Positions 1 to 13,149 of a DNA stretch of 64,000 nucleotides are shown here, piece after piece. The stretch comes from Isurus oxyrinchus (Eukaryota), in the NCBI GenBank assembly GCA_026770705.1, contig JANJGN010000021.1, positions 30,132,001-30,196,000 on the forward strand, written 5' to 3'. The notes below the pieces were generated by a model. It did not search any database. It had not been told where the DNA came from and saw only the letters and a program-made list of their open reading frames with translations. How positions within the stretch are numbered: the stretch's first letter is position 1; the number at the start of each line of letters is the position of its first letter. The translations under genes were made by a program, and so were the position numbers.

Positions 1-1310
1 GCCTCCTCCTCCAGAGAGTTGCCATTTACAACTGGATGTGGCAGGACCGCAGAGCTTCGATCTGACCTGTTGATTGTAGGATCGCTTAGCTCTGTCTATC
101 ACTTGCTGCTTAGGACTACTTGCGTGCCAAGCAGCATGTGTCATAGCTTCACCAGGTTGACATCTCATTTTTTTAAGGTAGGCCTGGTGCTGCTCCTGGC
201 AGCCCTCCTGCACTCTTCAGTGAACCAGGGTTCATCCCCTGGCTTGGTGGTAATGGTAGAGTGGGGGATATGCTAGGCCATGAGGTTACAGATTATGGTT
301 GAGTACAATTCTGCTGCTGCTGATGGCCCACAGCACCTCATGGATGCCCAGCCTCGAGATGCTAGATCTGTTCGCAATCTATCCCATTTAGCATGGTGGT
401 AGTGCCACCCAACACAATTGAGGATATCCTCAATGGTGAAGGCAAGACTTCGTCTCCACAACAACTGTGTGGTGCTCATTCCTACCGATACGGTCATAGG
501 CAGATACATCTGTGGCAGGCAGGTTGGTGAGGATGAGGTCAAGTATGTTTTTTCCTCTTGTTGGTTCTCTCATCACCGCTGCAGACCCAGTCTAGCAGCT
601 GTGTCATTTAGGGCTTGGCCTGTGGTGCTACCCAGCCACCTTTGGTGATGGATGTTGAAGTTCCCCACCCAGAATACATTCTGCACCCTTGCCACCCTCA
701 GTGCTTCCTCCAAGTCGTGTTCAACATGGAGGAGCAGTGATTCATCAGCTGAGTGAGGGCATTGCATGGTAATCACCAGGAGGTTTCCTTGCCCATATTT
801 GACCCAATTGTTTGAAACTTCATGGGGTCCAGAATCAATGTTGAGCCGCCACCACTACTGGGTCTGTCCTTCCAGTGGGATGGTGGTGTCTAGGACATTA
901 TCTGTAAGATATGATTCCGTGAGGATGACTGTCAGGCTCTTGCTTAACTAGTCTGAGAGACAGCTCTGCTAATTTTGGCACTAGCCCCCAAATGTTAATA
1001 AGGGGGACTTACAGGGTCAACAGGGCTGAGATTGCCATTGTCGTTTCCAGTCGATGCTGGGTGGTCCACTTAGTTTCATTCCTTTTTTGAGACTTCGTAG
1101 CAAGAGCATTTAAGAGTCAACCATATTACCGTGGGGTCTGGAGTCACACATAGGTAAAGAACATTAGTGAACCAGATGGGTTTTTACAACAATGGACATC
1201 ATTAATCCAGATTTTTATTGAGTTCAAATTCCAACATCTGGGGGATTTGAACCCACAGAGCATTACCCTGGGTCTCTGGATTTAGTCCAGCGACAATACC
1301 ACTACGCCAT
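1..1310 (-). mobile_element. 5' part of a CR1-group non-LTR retrotransposon ('LINE family B'): tRNA-like head plus decayed AP-endonuclease domain
   Basis: Minus-strand translation gives APE motifs (NIWGLVPKL; ILTESYL; LLHVEHDLEEALRVARVQNVFWVGNFNIHHQRWLGST, ORF 573-776). The 5' end has Pol III A-box TGGCGTAGTGG (1299-1309) and B-box GGTTCAAATCC (1243-1253). Confidence 0.85.
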
Positions 1311-1829
1311 TGCATGTCTAACACATGTAGTTCTTTTTATACTTAAATCAAAGCCACTGACCTATCCAAGCTGAAACTACATGCTATTTTTAAATAAAAT
1401 TTTACTTTTTCCATTCAGCATTATAAAAGTATAGTTTTAATAATATCAATATTCAGACTAGCTTTGCTAAACTTCAGATCTTCTCAATTTTACTAAAATA
1501 GCTCCAACTAGTGAAACAAACATTCAGTCACATCTCTCAATTGAAGTGTTCTAGTGGCCTCCAATGGCAAAAATTATGCACTGCAATATGACCATGATCA
1601 CTATGATCGTTGGTGCAGAGAGGAAAAAATAAAAAAATTTCACTTACACCAATATACTTCAGTGCCGAACCAATATACTCCCTTTGTGAAACCCTTATTC
1701 ACTGTCTCAAATAGCCATTGCCATTATAAGTGGCTGGCCTGTAATCAGTAATAGTACAGCCTCATACAGGTCAAAAACAACCCATATAACACCAATAAAA
1801 TGGAAGGATGAAAATCAGTAATTGTAGGA

Positions 1830-2135
1830 ACATGAGAATATAGGGACAGAAATAGGCCACACAGGCCCTTGAACCTGTTCCGCTATTCGGTTAGGTAATG
1901 GTTGATCTGTTGATAGATCGACTCTATCCTTTGCTCCAAATCCCTTGATGCAGTTACCAAAGAATATATTAATCACAGTCTTGAGAAATTCAATTGACTT
2001 AGCTTTCACATATCTTGAGGGGAAAAAAAAGGAGTTCCAGATTTCCACTGCCCATCGTGTGAAGAAAACGCTTTGATTTGATTGGCCTAATTCCAATCAT
2101 AAGATGATGTCTCTTTGTTCCGAATTCCCTCAAAA
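1830..2135 (-). mobile_element. CR1 LINE 3' fragment
   Basis: FFTRWAVEIWNS motif (ORF 1815-2096), similar to the CR1 ORF2 C-terminus FFTQRVVxxWNxLP seen in other copies here. Confidence 0.7.
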
Positions 2136-2139
2136 GGGG

Positions 2140-2403
2140 AATTATTGTCCATCCCTAATTGCCCTTGTCCAGAGAGCATTTAAGAGCCAACCTCTGGAGT
2201 CACATGTAGGCCAGATTTCCTTCCCTGAAGGATTTCAGTGAACTATATGGGATTTTATGACCATGGTTTCATTGTCATATCAGGCTTTCAATTCCAGATT
2301 TTTACTGAATTCAAATTTCACCATCTGCCATTCAAATCCAGGTCCCAGAGCATTACCCTGGGTCTCTGGAATACCAGTCCAGTGACAATGCCACTACCCC
2401 ACT
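2140..2403 (-). mobile_element. tRNA-headed SINE-like derivative of LINE family B
   Basis: Same head and body as 1100-1310 (cagagcattaccctgggtctctgga...), joined to the family-B tail motif ccatccctaattgccctt also seen at about 16200-16220. Confidence 0.8.
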
Positions 2404-2530
2404 ATCAAATCCTATTATTATTTTAAAACACTGCAATTAGACCATCCTTCAATAAATCTAACATAAGTAAATAAAAACTAAGTTACGCAGCCCTTTAATC
2501 CCCAACATCATTTACCAGAATCTTGCCTGG

Positions 2531-3400
2531 TGTTATGACGTGGCAGATGTGTGCCAGGCAGATCAAATCTACGAGGGAAACTTGACCACGCTATCATACC
2601 AGTTTTGCAATTTGTATTTATTTCAAGATGCATGTCCTGAATTCAGAAGTAATATGTCCACCGAGAGATTTTTTTTAGAAAACTAAATTAAACATTAACT
2701 AAAGAAAAGACTTTGACCACACGCATAGATCTATAAATTACATCTATAATAGCTCCTAAAACCCCTAATTAATCTGGCTTCCAGTTACGCCCCCATTAAG
2801 GCAACAGTAAAAAAATATATAGATTTTAAATTGATTCCGGCAAGTTAACACAGTACCTTGGACAGTAGAATTTAAAGTGGCTTTTCCCAGCTTCGGTTTC
2901 TGTACACAGGATTAATTCACAAATACTGGAAGCTTCTCAAACTTCTGGTGGATCTTACAATGCTTTACCTAACACATAGCCTCATTTTCTTTTATATATG
3001 TTTTTCCCATTTTAATGTAAATTCCATTGTTCCCATATATCTTTGGAACTTTACCTTTCTCAATATAAATCTTTTTCATGTTGTCACTAGATTGTTAATA
3101 AACCTTGAGAAAAATAAACACATTCCTCAGCTTGCTTGTTTAGCTGTTTGTCAACAGACTCAGATCCCTTTGAAAACCAAATCCCCCTTCATCTATCTAC
3201 AAATGTAAATTCATGCTAAGACCCCAACATGTTTGCTCATTAAAATATTAAAGGTACTTCTACACCTTACTTCTTTTGACAACTTCAACCTACAGTCTAC
3301 TTGGCTACAAGATGCAATTAAAATCACACACAAACTATCCAAAACCCACTATTAACCTACTTTTACAATAAATCACAATAACATGATGAGAATTATTATA
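2531..3400 (-). mobile_element. Solo LTR (family with 37153-37828 and 56114-56983)
   Basis: Begins tgttatgac (reverse complement of the ...cataaca end at 56983). Blocks are shared with both other copies. Right boundary is approximate. Confidence 0.65.
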
Positions 3401-3409
3401 CTTTTGTGA

Positions 3410-3825
3410 TACTGGGATGAGGGATTAGTTGCATGGGTAGACTGGAGAAGGTGGGGTTGCTCTCCTTGACTTTTGCTGCTTTAAGAGGAGATTTGATAGA
3501 TGTGCTTCCCATGGCTGAAGGAGCAATAACCAGAGGGCACAAATTTAAGGCAACTGGTAAAAGAACGAGAGGCAACATGAAGAAAAACTTATTTGACATA
3601 ATGAGCAGTTAGGATTTGGAATGCACTGTCTGATAAGGTGGCGGAGGCAGGTTCAATAGTAATGCTTAAAAGGTAATTCGATAACTGCTTGAAGGAAAAA
3701 AAACTGGAGGGATATGGGAACAGAATGGGGGAGTGGGATTAACTGAATTAATCTTACTTGCACTGGCACACACTCGAAGGACTGAATGGCCTCTTGCTGA
3801 GCTGTACTGATCTATGATTCTATCT
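3410..3825 (+). mobile_element. CR1 LINE 3' end
   Basis: Decayed RLEKVGLLSL...RGDLI and WNALSDKVAEAG-like coding, followed by the CR1-type tail ctatgattctat. Confidence 0.8.
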
Positions 3826-3839
3826 TTCTGGTGATTTTT

Positions 3840-4862
3840 AAATATTCATTTACAGGATTTGGGCATTGTTGACTAGACCAGCATTTATTGCCAATCCCTA
3901 CTTGCCCTCGAGGTGGTGGTGGTGGTGAACTGCCTTCTCGAACTGCTGCAGTCCCTGTGGTGTAGGTACACCCACCGTGCTGTTAGGGAGGGAGCTCCAG
4001 GATTTTGACCCAGTGACAGTGAAGGAACGACAATATATTTCCAAATCAGGATGGTGAGAGAATTGGAAGGAAACTTCCAGGTGGTGGTGTTCCGATGCAT
4101 CTGCTGCCCTTGTCCTTCTAGATAGTAGTGATCATGGGTTTGGAAGGTGCTGCCCAAGGAGCCTTGGTGAGTTTCTGCAGTGCATCTTGTAGATGGTACA
4201 TACTGCTGATGTTGTTTGGTGGTGGTGGAGGGAGTGAATGGGCTGCCAGACAAGCGACTGCTTTGCTCTGGATGATGTCAAGCTTAGAGTGTTGTTGGAG
4301 CTGCAACTCATCCAGGCAAGTGGAGTGTATTCCATCACACTCCTGACTTGCGCCTTGTAGATGGTGGACAGGCTTTGTGGAGTCAGGAGATGAGTTACTT
4401 GTTGCAGGATTCATCTCTCACCTGCTCTTGAAACCACAGTACTTATATGGCTAGTCCAATTCAGTTTCTGGTCAATAGTAACCCCCAGGATGTTGATAGT
4501 GGGGAATTCAGCGATGGTAATGCCATTGAGTGTCAAGGGGTGATGGTTAGATTTTGCCTTGTTGGAGATGATCATTGCCTGGTACTGGTGTGGTGCAAAT
4601 ATTACTTGCCACTTGTCAGCCCATGCCTGGATATTTGTCCCGGTCTTGCTGCATTGGACATGGATTGCTTTAGTATCTGAGGAGTCTCAAATGGTGCTGA
4701 ACACTGCAATCATCAGTGAACATCCCCACTTCTGACCATATGATGGAAGGAAGGCCATTGATGAAGCAGCTGAAGGTGGTTGGGCCTAGGACACTACCCT
4801 GAGGAACTCCTGCAGTGATGTTCTGGAACTGAGATAATTAACCTCCAGCAACCATCATCCTT
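3840..4862 (-). mobile_element. LINE family B, RT C-terminal region and 3' end
   Basis: Homologous to 16160-17200; MEYTPLAWMS motif; gtagtgtcctaggcccaaccaccttcagctgcttcatcaatg (GSVLGPTTFSCFIN). Confidence 0.85.
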
Positions 4863-7329
4863 TGTACTCTACCCCCTCCAAAGCCAAGTACATCTTCACT
4901 GAGCTACAGTGCCCACTACTGATTGCAGCACTCATGTCTGAGCAAGGTTCTATACAACTGAAGCTTCATTTCCTCACTTTTGCATTCCAGTTACTTGAGA
5001 TAAGGCCAATTGGGGTCTTGGCCTTTTGATTACCTTGTGTACACTTGTACCAGCTTCCAGTTTCTCAACATTAGGAAAACATTCCAAATTGTCTTTCTCA
5101 AACTGAAATTGAATAACACTTTCCCACACTGATGTTCATGTGCCATAGTTATGCCCATTCACTTCATCTGTCTATGTCACTTTGTAACTTTTAGCTCCTA
5201 TTAATAAAACTACTAAGTCTCCTAACTCAGTATTAACTACACACTTAAACAACTCTTGGTCATTCATCCAAATCATTGATATCTATTATGAAAAACTGAA
5301 GCACTGCTGCCTATTCTCAAAACTCTAAGTGGGCATGTGAAAAAAAAATCATGCCCATAAAAATCCTAATCACCAATTATACATGTTTTCCATTGGCAAT
5401 TTGTACTTTAATTGCTTTGCAGGATTTTGAAACAATAGACAACTAAATTAAAAGACGCAAGGTCCAGCTTCTGTTCTTTGATTCGAATCATTACCACTCA
5501 TTTAGCTTAATGCCTGCTCGACACACTGCGGATTCAGGTAAATATCTTGCACTAAACAGAGAACTGAAGAATCTCAATGCAATACGCTAACCAGCCTTCT
5601 TTCAGTTGTTAGTTATGTATTTTCAATTTTTATTTCAAATTTCCAGCTTTCCCATTTGTAATCTTGATGGAGTTTTATCTTGTTGGGAAAGGCAGAGGCA
5701 AGAAAAATATCATTTTATGATCCAGGTTCTACATCTACATAAAGAAAATTTAAATGAACTATAATTTTCATGCCCTTTAGTACCTTTTGCAACAATTAAC
5801 TTCCACTGACAATGTGTGAGCTACTGCTGGAAAAATATAATGTCCAATAATATAAAAGCATAATTATTAGAGCTCAGAACGTGTGGGATGCTCATTTAGC
5901 ACATACAATGAAGTGGTGGCAAAATTCTCTTCCAATGAGGTAGAAAATTATTTAAAAAACAAGGGGTGAGAAATGGGATTGACTGTGAAATGGCATCCAT
6001 GGCGTGTGCGCACACATTTGGGATGGTTCACGGCAGATGCAATATTGGAGAGAGCATTACCGCACACAGTGAACTTCTGCTAGATGTAGAGCAGCCAATC
6101 AGCGTGCAAAGCTGATGAGACATCAACTGTGTCATTTTGGAGCTCATTGCTCCAGCCAACATCCTCTCAACCTCACACAGCTGAGCGTGTATTCAGTGCC
6201 AGGGAGGACCCCATCCAGCATTATTTAAAGGGGTTATCAACTAAGTTGTTGCTGATTGATTTATTTTTCTAGCTGTTGCTTCAATCCCACAAGTGTTTGG
6301 TGCTTTGTACAGTTGTTTGAGGTTCCAAGCGTCTCCAGGGGGTGGTGCGGCAGAAGCTGAAGGAATCTTTGGTGACTTAAGGACTCCTGCACAAACCAGC
6401 TGCTGCCAGATATGAGAACGATAGTAGGCCTGAAATATAGCCTGAATTAGAGAAAGAACATAAAACAGAAAACTTTGGAACCTGAGCTCTCCCATATCAT
6501 GCTATTCTTAATAATACTCAATAAAAGTGGACATTTTAATCATGTGTGATTGTGCCATTCTTCAATGTCTCCCATGTCAAATTCACTTCCTGAATGACTG
6601 TCAGCACCTACTGCACTCATAACATAACTGTCCTTTAAGAGGTACAGTCTGGCTCGAAATGGTGCTAGCCACTCATGATATTGGTCCTCTGCTGATGCAC
6701 GCAGCCAAACAACACATGTTAAGCACTGGCTGAATGCTGAAATCAGTAGGCATGCTACTTGCATGGCAAATAACAGGTGTGGGTTAATCATACATCATGA
6801 TCCCTGTGCCCATTTTTGGGAGGTATTGCATTTAACCCCCAAGATGCCTTATACAGAGTAAAATTCCTCTGCCCACCAAATTTGTACATTTATCAAACTT
6901 CTCAAATGGTTTTGAGGATTTACCTAGTTAGTTCAACACGAAACACCATCCCATAGGAGAACCACCCATTCCTTAAAACGGCAGCGTAATTTGAAGTACC
7001 TATTATCTACTGATGTAAATGTAGCTCAGATTGAACATAAATCCTGGTTTTACTTAGCATTCTGCATAGGCCACTAGCTTTCTCAGATTTGTAAAATAAC
7101 AATTAATAGAATACAGCTTATTCAAACTATATAGTAACAGATAAACAATAATAATCAGATTCTGTGACTGAAAACAATTGAAGTTTATAGCATACAAGGG
7201 GGGCATTTGGCAATTCTTTGCTTTCCTAATTGTTTCAATGGGTATAGAATTACAAAAAATAAGATATTAATGGATGCAGTGAATGGGAGAAAAAAAACAA
7301 TGGCAAATGGATTTTGATGTAGGCAAGTT

Positions 7330-7900
7330 ATTCTTTCATAGGATGTGAGCATCATTGACAAAAATCAGCATTTAATGCCTCTAATTGTCCTCGAAACTGT
7401 AGTGGTGAATTGCCTTCTTGAATAGCTACAATATTTGTAGTGAATCCCACACTGCTCATAGGGAGTCCCAGGATTTTACTCAATGACAATGAAGGAATTG
7501 CAATATATTTCCAAGTCAGGATGATGAGATGAGCAGGTGATGTTGCTGTACACTTGCTGCCTTCTAGTTGGCAGAGGTCACAGGTTTAAGTTCTGCTGAA
7601 GAAGCCTTGGCAAGTTGCTGCAGCAGACCTTGTAAATGATGCAAAGCAGACATGGTGCTCCAGTGGTGGCAGGAATGAAAGTTTAAGCTGCTGCATAGGA
7701 TGCCAATTAATCAGACTGCTTTGTCCTGGATAGTGTCAAGCTTCTTGAGTGTTGTTGGAGCTACACTCATGCAGGCAAGTGGAGGGTATTCCATCACACT
7801 CCAGACTTGTGCTTTGTAGGTGGTGGAATGGCTTTGGGGAGTCAGGATGCGAGTTACTCCCACCCTTTGACCTGCTCTTGCAGTCATAATATTTATGTCT
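7330..7900 (-). mobile_element. LINE family B, older 3' fragment
   Basis: Diverged alignment by eye to 3845-4450 (e.g. caggcaagtggagggtattccatcacactcc). Confidence 0.75.
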
Positions 7901-9391
7901 AATTACTGGTGGTTGGTGAATCTAGGACAAGGTCTAAAAATTAACCACAGGTCTTTTCTCCTACAAACAGAACTTTAGAGCTCTCTTTTGCAAACAGCAG
8001 TCGATGCTAGGTCAATTGTTAGATTAAAGTCTGAGATCGAGGCATTTTTGTTAATCTTAAAGGCATATCAGACAAAGGTTGATGTGTTGGATTTTCATCT
8101 CCTCAAAGACAGGAATTGGCTTGTAAAACACAGAATATAGTTTTTTCTTTTGCAGGAGAAACAATTTTCCTATTCCTTCCCAACTCCACACCCTTTTCAT
8201 GTAGCGTTTTTGCAGACTGAGAAAGCCTCAGGTGCAAAATGTAAAACGCACCTCTTCAGAGGTTCCCATTGTGAGGGCCACAAAAAAAATTGCATTTCCT
8301 GCCCATACTATTTTCGTGTCTTGGTGCATTCAAAATAAATGCACCTCCTTGGAGAGATTGTTACTACTGGGGAAGCCTGCGGAGGAGTCAGGAATATGCT
8401 GGCAGGTAAGTATAAAATGTTTTGACATCTTAAATTGTCACTATGAGATGCTGTATTGTAATGTGGATGTGTTTTTAATGCAGTGACTCATCTTAGGGCT
8501 CTGTCCTACAAAGGTGAGTTGACCATTACATTACAGAATTGTGCATGTGTTGCAATGCATTAGAGCAGAAAGTGCCATAATGCATTCATGAATGTGGAAA
8601 AATGTGTTGGTAAACCCTCCCATCATGTTTGGTTCTGTGATTTAAATGTACAGATATGACTTTGAAATCCACCACCCCCACTGTTGAACGTTAAAAAGTA
8701 AGCACCTGCTCCCCATTAATTGTCAGACAATCTGCTTCAAAATGGAAAGGTAATGTCATCTATTCTTTCCATTTCAGGGTCTTTTGACAGTAATGATTTG
8801 TTTTGATAGCTCTGGCCATTATGAATGTTTGACTGAGTTTCAAATGCTACAAATACCTTAAGCTCAGCAGGTGGACTATTGACAAAACTACTCAGAGGAA
8901 TGACTGACAGTTTAAAGAGGTTGTAATAACATTCTTCCTTTGGTGCAGTTGAGTACATGGCTGTTTGTTTATGGCAATTAAGGGGATGAATTTTTTTTCT
9001 GTGGGAGTACAGATTTTTCTTTGCAGTATCAATGACAGATTTCTGAATGAGAGTTTTATTAGATTGTCACAGGTTTCATTTTTTTTTTTACACCTGCATT
9101 TAAAAGAGTTCACATAGTTATTGTATGGCTCCTGAGCACTGTACAGACTGGATAACGGTAAGTGACTAGGTACGATATCCGGGGGGATTGGGGGGGTGGG
9201 GGGGTGCTCTGAGCAGGTATGAAGTGGTATGGGTGGGCAGTGGGAGGCAAGGGTGACATTTAGGAGGCATTGATTCAATTTTGGGCTGCTGTCTCCGAGA
9301 ACTGAGGCGGGCCTTCCAGCTAGCCTGCCTCTGCACCCACACTGTCCTCGCGCTGCACTGCAGCTTGAAAACGGCGCTGCAAGCCTAAACT

Positions 9392-10310
9392 CTGTTGGGA
9401 CCTCAATTATTTACAATCTATATCAATGACCTGGATGAAGGGATCAAATGTATTGTAGCTAAATTTGCTGATGATACAAAGATAGGAGAACAAGTTGTGA
9501 AGAGGATACAAAGAGTCTGCAAAAAGGATATAGATGAGTTAAGTCAATGGGCAAGAAATTGGCAGATGGGGTATAAATGTGAGAAAATGTGATGTTGTCC
9601 ATTTTGGCAGGAAGAATACAAAAGCAGAATATTACTTCAACGGAGAGGGACTGCAGAACGTCGCGTACAGAGCAACCTGGGTGTTTTTGTACATGAATCA
9701 CAAGAAGTCATCTTGCAGGTACAACAAGTAATGAGGAAGGCAAATTAAATTATGGCCTTTATTACAAAGGGAATGGAGTATAAAAGTAGGGAGGTCCTGC
9801 TACAACTGTACAGGGCACATCTAGAATACAGTAGTAACTTAATTTAAGGAGGGATATACACTTGCATTGTAATCAGTTCAGAGAAGGTTCCCTAGGCTGA
9901 TTTCTGAGATAAAGGGTCTGCCTCATGAAGAAAGGTTGAGCAGGTTAGGCCTGTACTCTTGAATTTATTGAAGCATACAAGATTCTGAGGGCGCCTGACG
10001 AAGTCAATGCTGAGAGGCTGCTTCCTCCCATGCGGGAAATCTTGAACTAGTTTCAAAATAAGGAGTCTCCCATTGGAGAGAGATGAAGAGGAATTTCTTT
10101 TCTCAGCGGGTCATTGGAATTCTCTTCTCCTACAAGCAGTGGAGACAGATTTTTGATTGACAAGGGAGCCAAAGGTAATGGGGCGGGAAAGAGGAGAAAG
10201 AGTGCAAGCAAGTAGGTAGAGTTAAGGCTACAGTTAAGTCAGCCATGATCTTATTGAATGTAGAGTAGGTGCGAGAGGCTAACTGGCATACTCCAAATCC
10301 CATCTCTAAG
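9392..10310 (+). mobile_element. CR1 LINE RT fragment and 3' end
   Basis: LGPQLFTIYINDLDEGIKCIVAKFADDTKIG RT motif (ORF 9395-9592); frameshifted downstream. Confidence 0.9.
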
Positions 10311-13149
10311 GTTACGAAAACACAAAAATCCTGGGCAAAGTCAGTGAAGAATCAGATGTATGTTCGGGAGGTCGGTAAAGGGCCTGACGCATGTTTCGCA
10401 CACTAACATGAAAATTCCCTTCATGGAGTTAGGTCATAAATCAGCCATGATCACAATGAATGGCAGAACAGGCTCGAGGGGCTAAATAGCTTACCCCTGT
10501 TCTGATATTCCTAATTCTACAGACAATATGAATATAGAGTAATTTGGAAAAGAGTAAGGCGATACCAGACATTTCCACTGTGTGTGGCATTTGATCAGGC
10601 AGCTCAAAGAATACAGTTCAATGATTTATCAGGCACACCAGTGCACATGGGGCCAAATTAAATGAGGCAGCTTGGTTCCCCCCGGGAAGAACAGCCATCC
10701 TGCAGTCCTTTAATGGCTAATTGGCTGGGAGGTGGGATTTCCAACCCTCAGGGACAGGAATCTAGCTTTGGAGAGCTGCTGGCAAATCAGAAGCCAGCAG
10801 CTCTCAAGTACTGCTGCCATGAGCGGTGGCCACTGCCAGTTCTGCACTCAGAATTTGAGATGACATTCAGCGGTGGATTGGAACATTTAAGTATCTGGGG
10901 GCTGGGGTTTTAGAAATCATAGAGGGGAGGGGTGGGGGAAGACAGGATTCTGGGATGGTTATACCTTGCAGGGAGGGCGGGGGCAGCACCAAGGAGCCCA
11001 GGGGGCCACAATGAGGGACACATCCATGCCCATGCAGGGAATCCTCCTAGGTTGCCCACTTGGCTTGGGCCTCTCACCCCACTGGTTTAACTGCAGTGGG
11101 GGATGAGCCATTTAAGTGGGCATTACTTATCCACTTAAGGGTCTCGATTGGCCTATGTCAGGCAGGCTGCCTGATGCCACTCCCACCGCTGGTAAAGCTG
11201 AGGTAGAGACAGGAGCAGCCAGGTAGGTGGGCAGGCACCCATTGAATACAATGTGCTCATCCCACTCCATTTAAACCCACCAGCAGGGGAGCATTTTACA
11301 GCATGGCAGGGGGCAGGGTGAAAAATGCACGGCAGGTATGCAATGGGGGAGGGGAAGCATCAGAAGAAGGGCTGGGATGGGGATGACATGAGGGGGATGA
11401 AAGGAATCAGATGGATATGGCAGGAGAGGGATGCCATGGGAAAGATGGAATGGAAAGTAGTACTGCTTCAATAAAGATACTAAATTCACCATAATAAGTG
11501 TTTGATGGGTCTCTACTGGTTTAACGCAATTAATTTATTTTAAACATGCAGACAAGTAATTGGCAGAAGCAGTCATGGCAACAGTGGGCTAAATTGTACT
11601 GCAGGCTTTGGGATCCTGATATCAAGGCCAATGGAGGGCTTCAGCCTGCTCTTGTCAAGAGCTGGGCCAGCAGAGCCATTTTCCTGGAGGTACTCCTCTT
11701 GATGGCTCATTGGGGTCAGGGACACTGCCTTCCCTGCCCACAATTCCCTCTTTGGAGAACGGAACCTCTGGCTCGATAGCCCTCCAAACAGCTGATAGGA
11801 GGCCTCGTCCATGAAGCTACACAGGCTGGGGGTGGGGTAAGGAAAGGGGCTGCTCCGCTGCTAACGAAATGCAGGCATGTGAAAAATCACCCTGATTGGA
11901 GCTTCAATTACTTGAATTTGCTACCACCTTCTCTGAGCAGGAAGTCAATGCACATAATGCCCCACCCTCAGGAGACTTACCCAACAGCGGAAATGCGTCA
12001 GGAAGGTGTCCCAGCATAGCTCCCCACGATTTTTCCCCCATTCCTGCCTCCTAGCCCACCACCCTAGAACCAGAAAAACTCTGCAAGTTGCAGTTGTCTT
12101 AGACCAGTCAACTCATTCCAGACTTACCAGTTTCGTTGGATGGATGGCTAAGGATTTTTGACAGCTGACAGTTCATCAAAAATTAAGCATAAATTGCTGA
12201 GAAAATGCATTATGATATGAATTCTAACCAGTGATCCTGTGGTTACCGTTACTGCTAACGGCACGTTACAGCCCCAGTTCACCTTAATGCATCTATGAAC
12301 AGAATGGAAGGTCAGCCACCTTTGTAAAAGAACATCCTTGATGAACAACTGCTTTTCTTAAAACATGGTGGATTGTTGGTTTCCAACATAACTACAGGTA
12401 GTGATATCACTGTACATCACTCAAACATTTACTGATACCCAAGCAACCACCCAAAGAATAGGGTGTGTGCAAAATGGGTATGTTGGGAAGGAAGAATCTT
12501 TTACATGTAAAAGAATATTGGAGTGAAAATGTACAGGTCATGGAATGAGCAGAATGATACCAATATTAAAGCAACTAGGTATTTGACAGTCAAACCGAGG
12601 AAGTGCTTAACTGTATTAAAGCCATACTTGGAATAACATCTACAATTTTGGATGTAATTTTGAACCTATACAATTATTTTGATGGGCCACAATGGTAATA
12701 CTGCCTTCATGCTTCAAGGGTATCGGTGTTAAGGAAAGTGAGTTTGGAGCAACTGAGATAATTCTGAAGTTCAGATTTACAAGCCATCTAGATGAAGTGA
12801 AAGAGATTAAATAATAAAAGCAAAGAATATTGGGAGTTACAAAATTATTTATGTGAGCAATTGATAAAATTAAAACTTAATACCTGTATTGCACGAAACA
12901 CAATCTTTTAGCCTATGAGATACATACATTAGAAGAAAGAGTATGATGGTTAAAATTTAGAGGAGCAATTTAAAAAGGAGAAAACTATTAAGATAAGCAG
13001 AATGTTCCTTCCCAACCCTATCCCCTCACACCCCTCCCCAATTTTTGGTCACTGCTGGGTCTTTAATTCTCTTTTGGTAATGTTTTTCTCGGCATAGTCT
13101 TGAAGAACGATTAAATTTAAATAATATACTGAATCTATATTACACTTAC

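Noticed and set aside
1243-1309. Genuine tRNA gene (also 15431-15506 and 28167-28240)
   Set aside because: The A/B boxes sit in dispersed repeats with extended bodies and TSDs, with no convincing cloverleaf or terminator.
8737-9278. Minus-strand ORFs as further RCAN3 exons
   Set aside because: No RCAN motifs (FKSFRRVRINF, LYFAQ, FLISPPxSPP) were recognised here or elsewhere between 1 and 13150.
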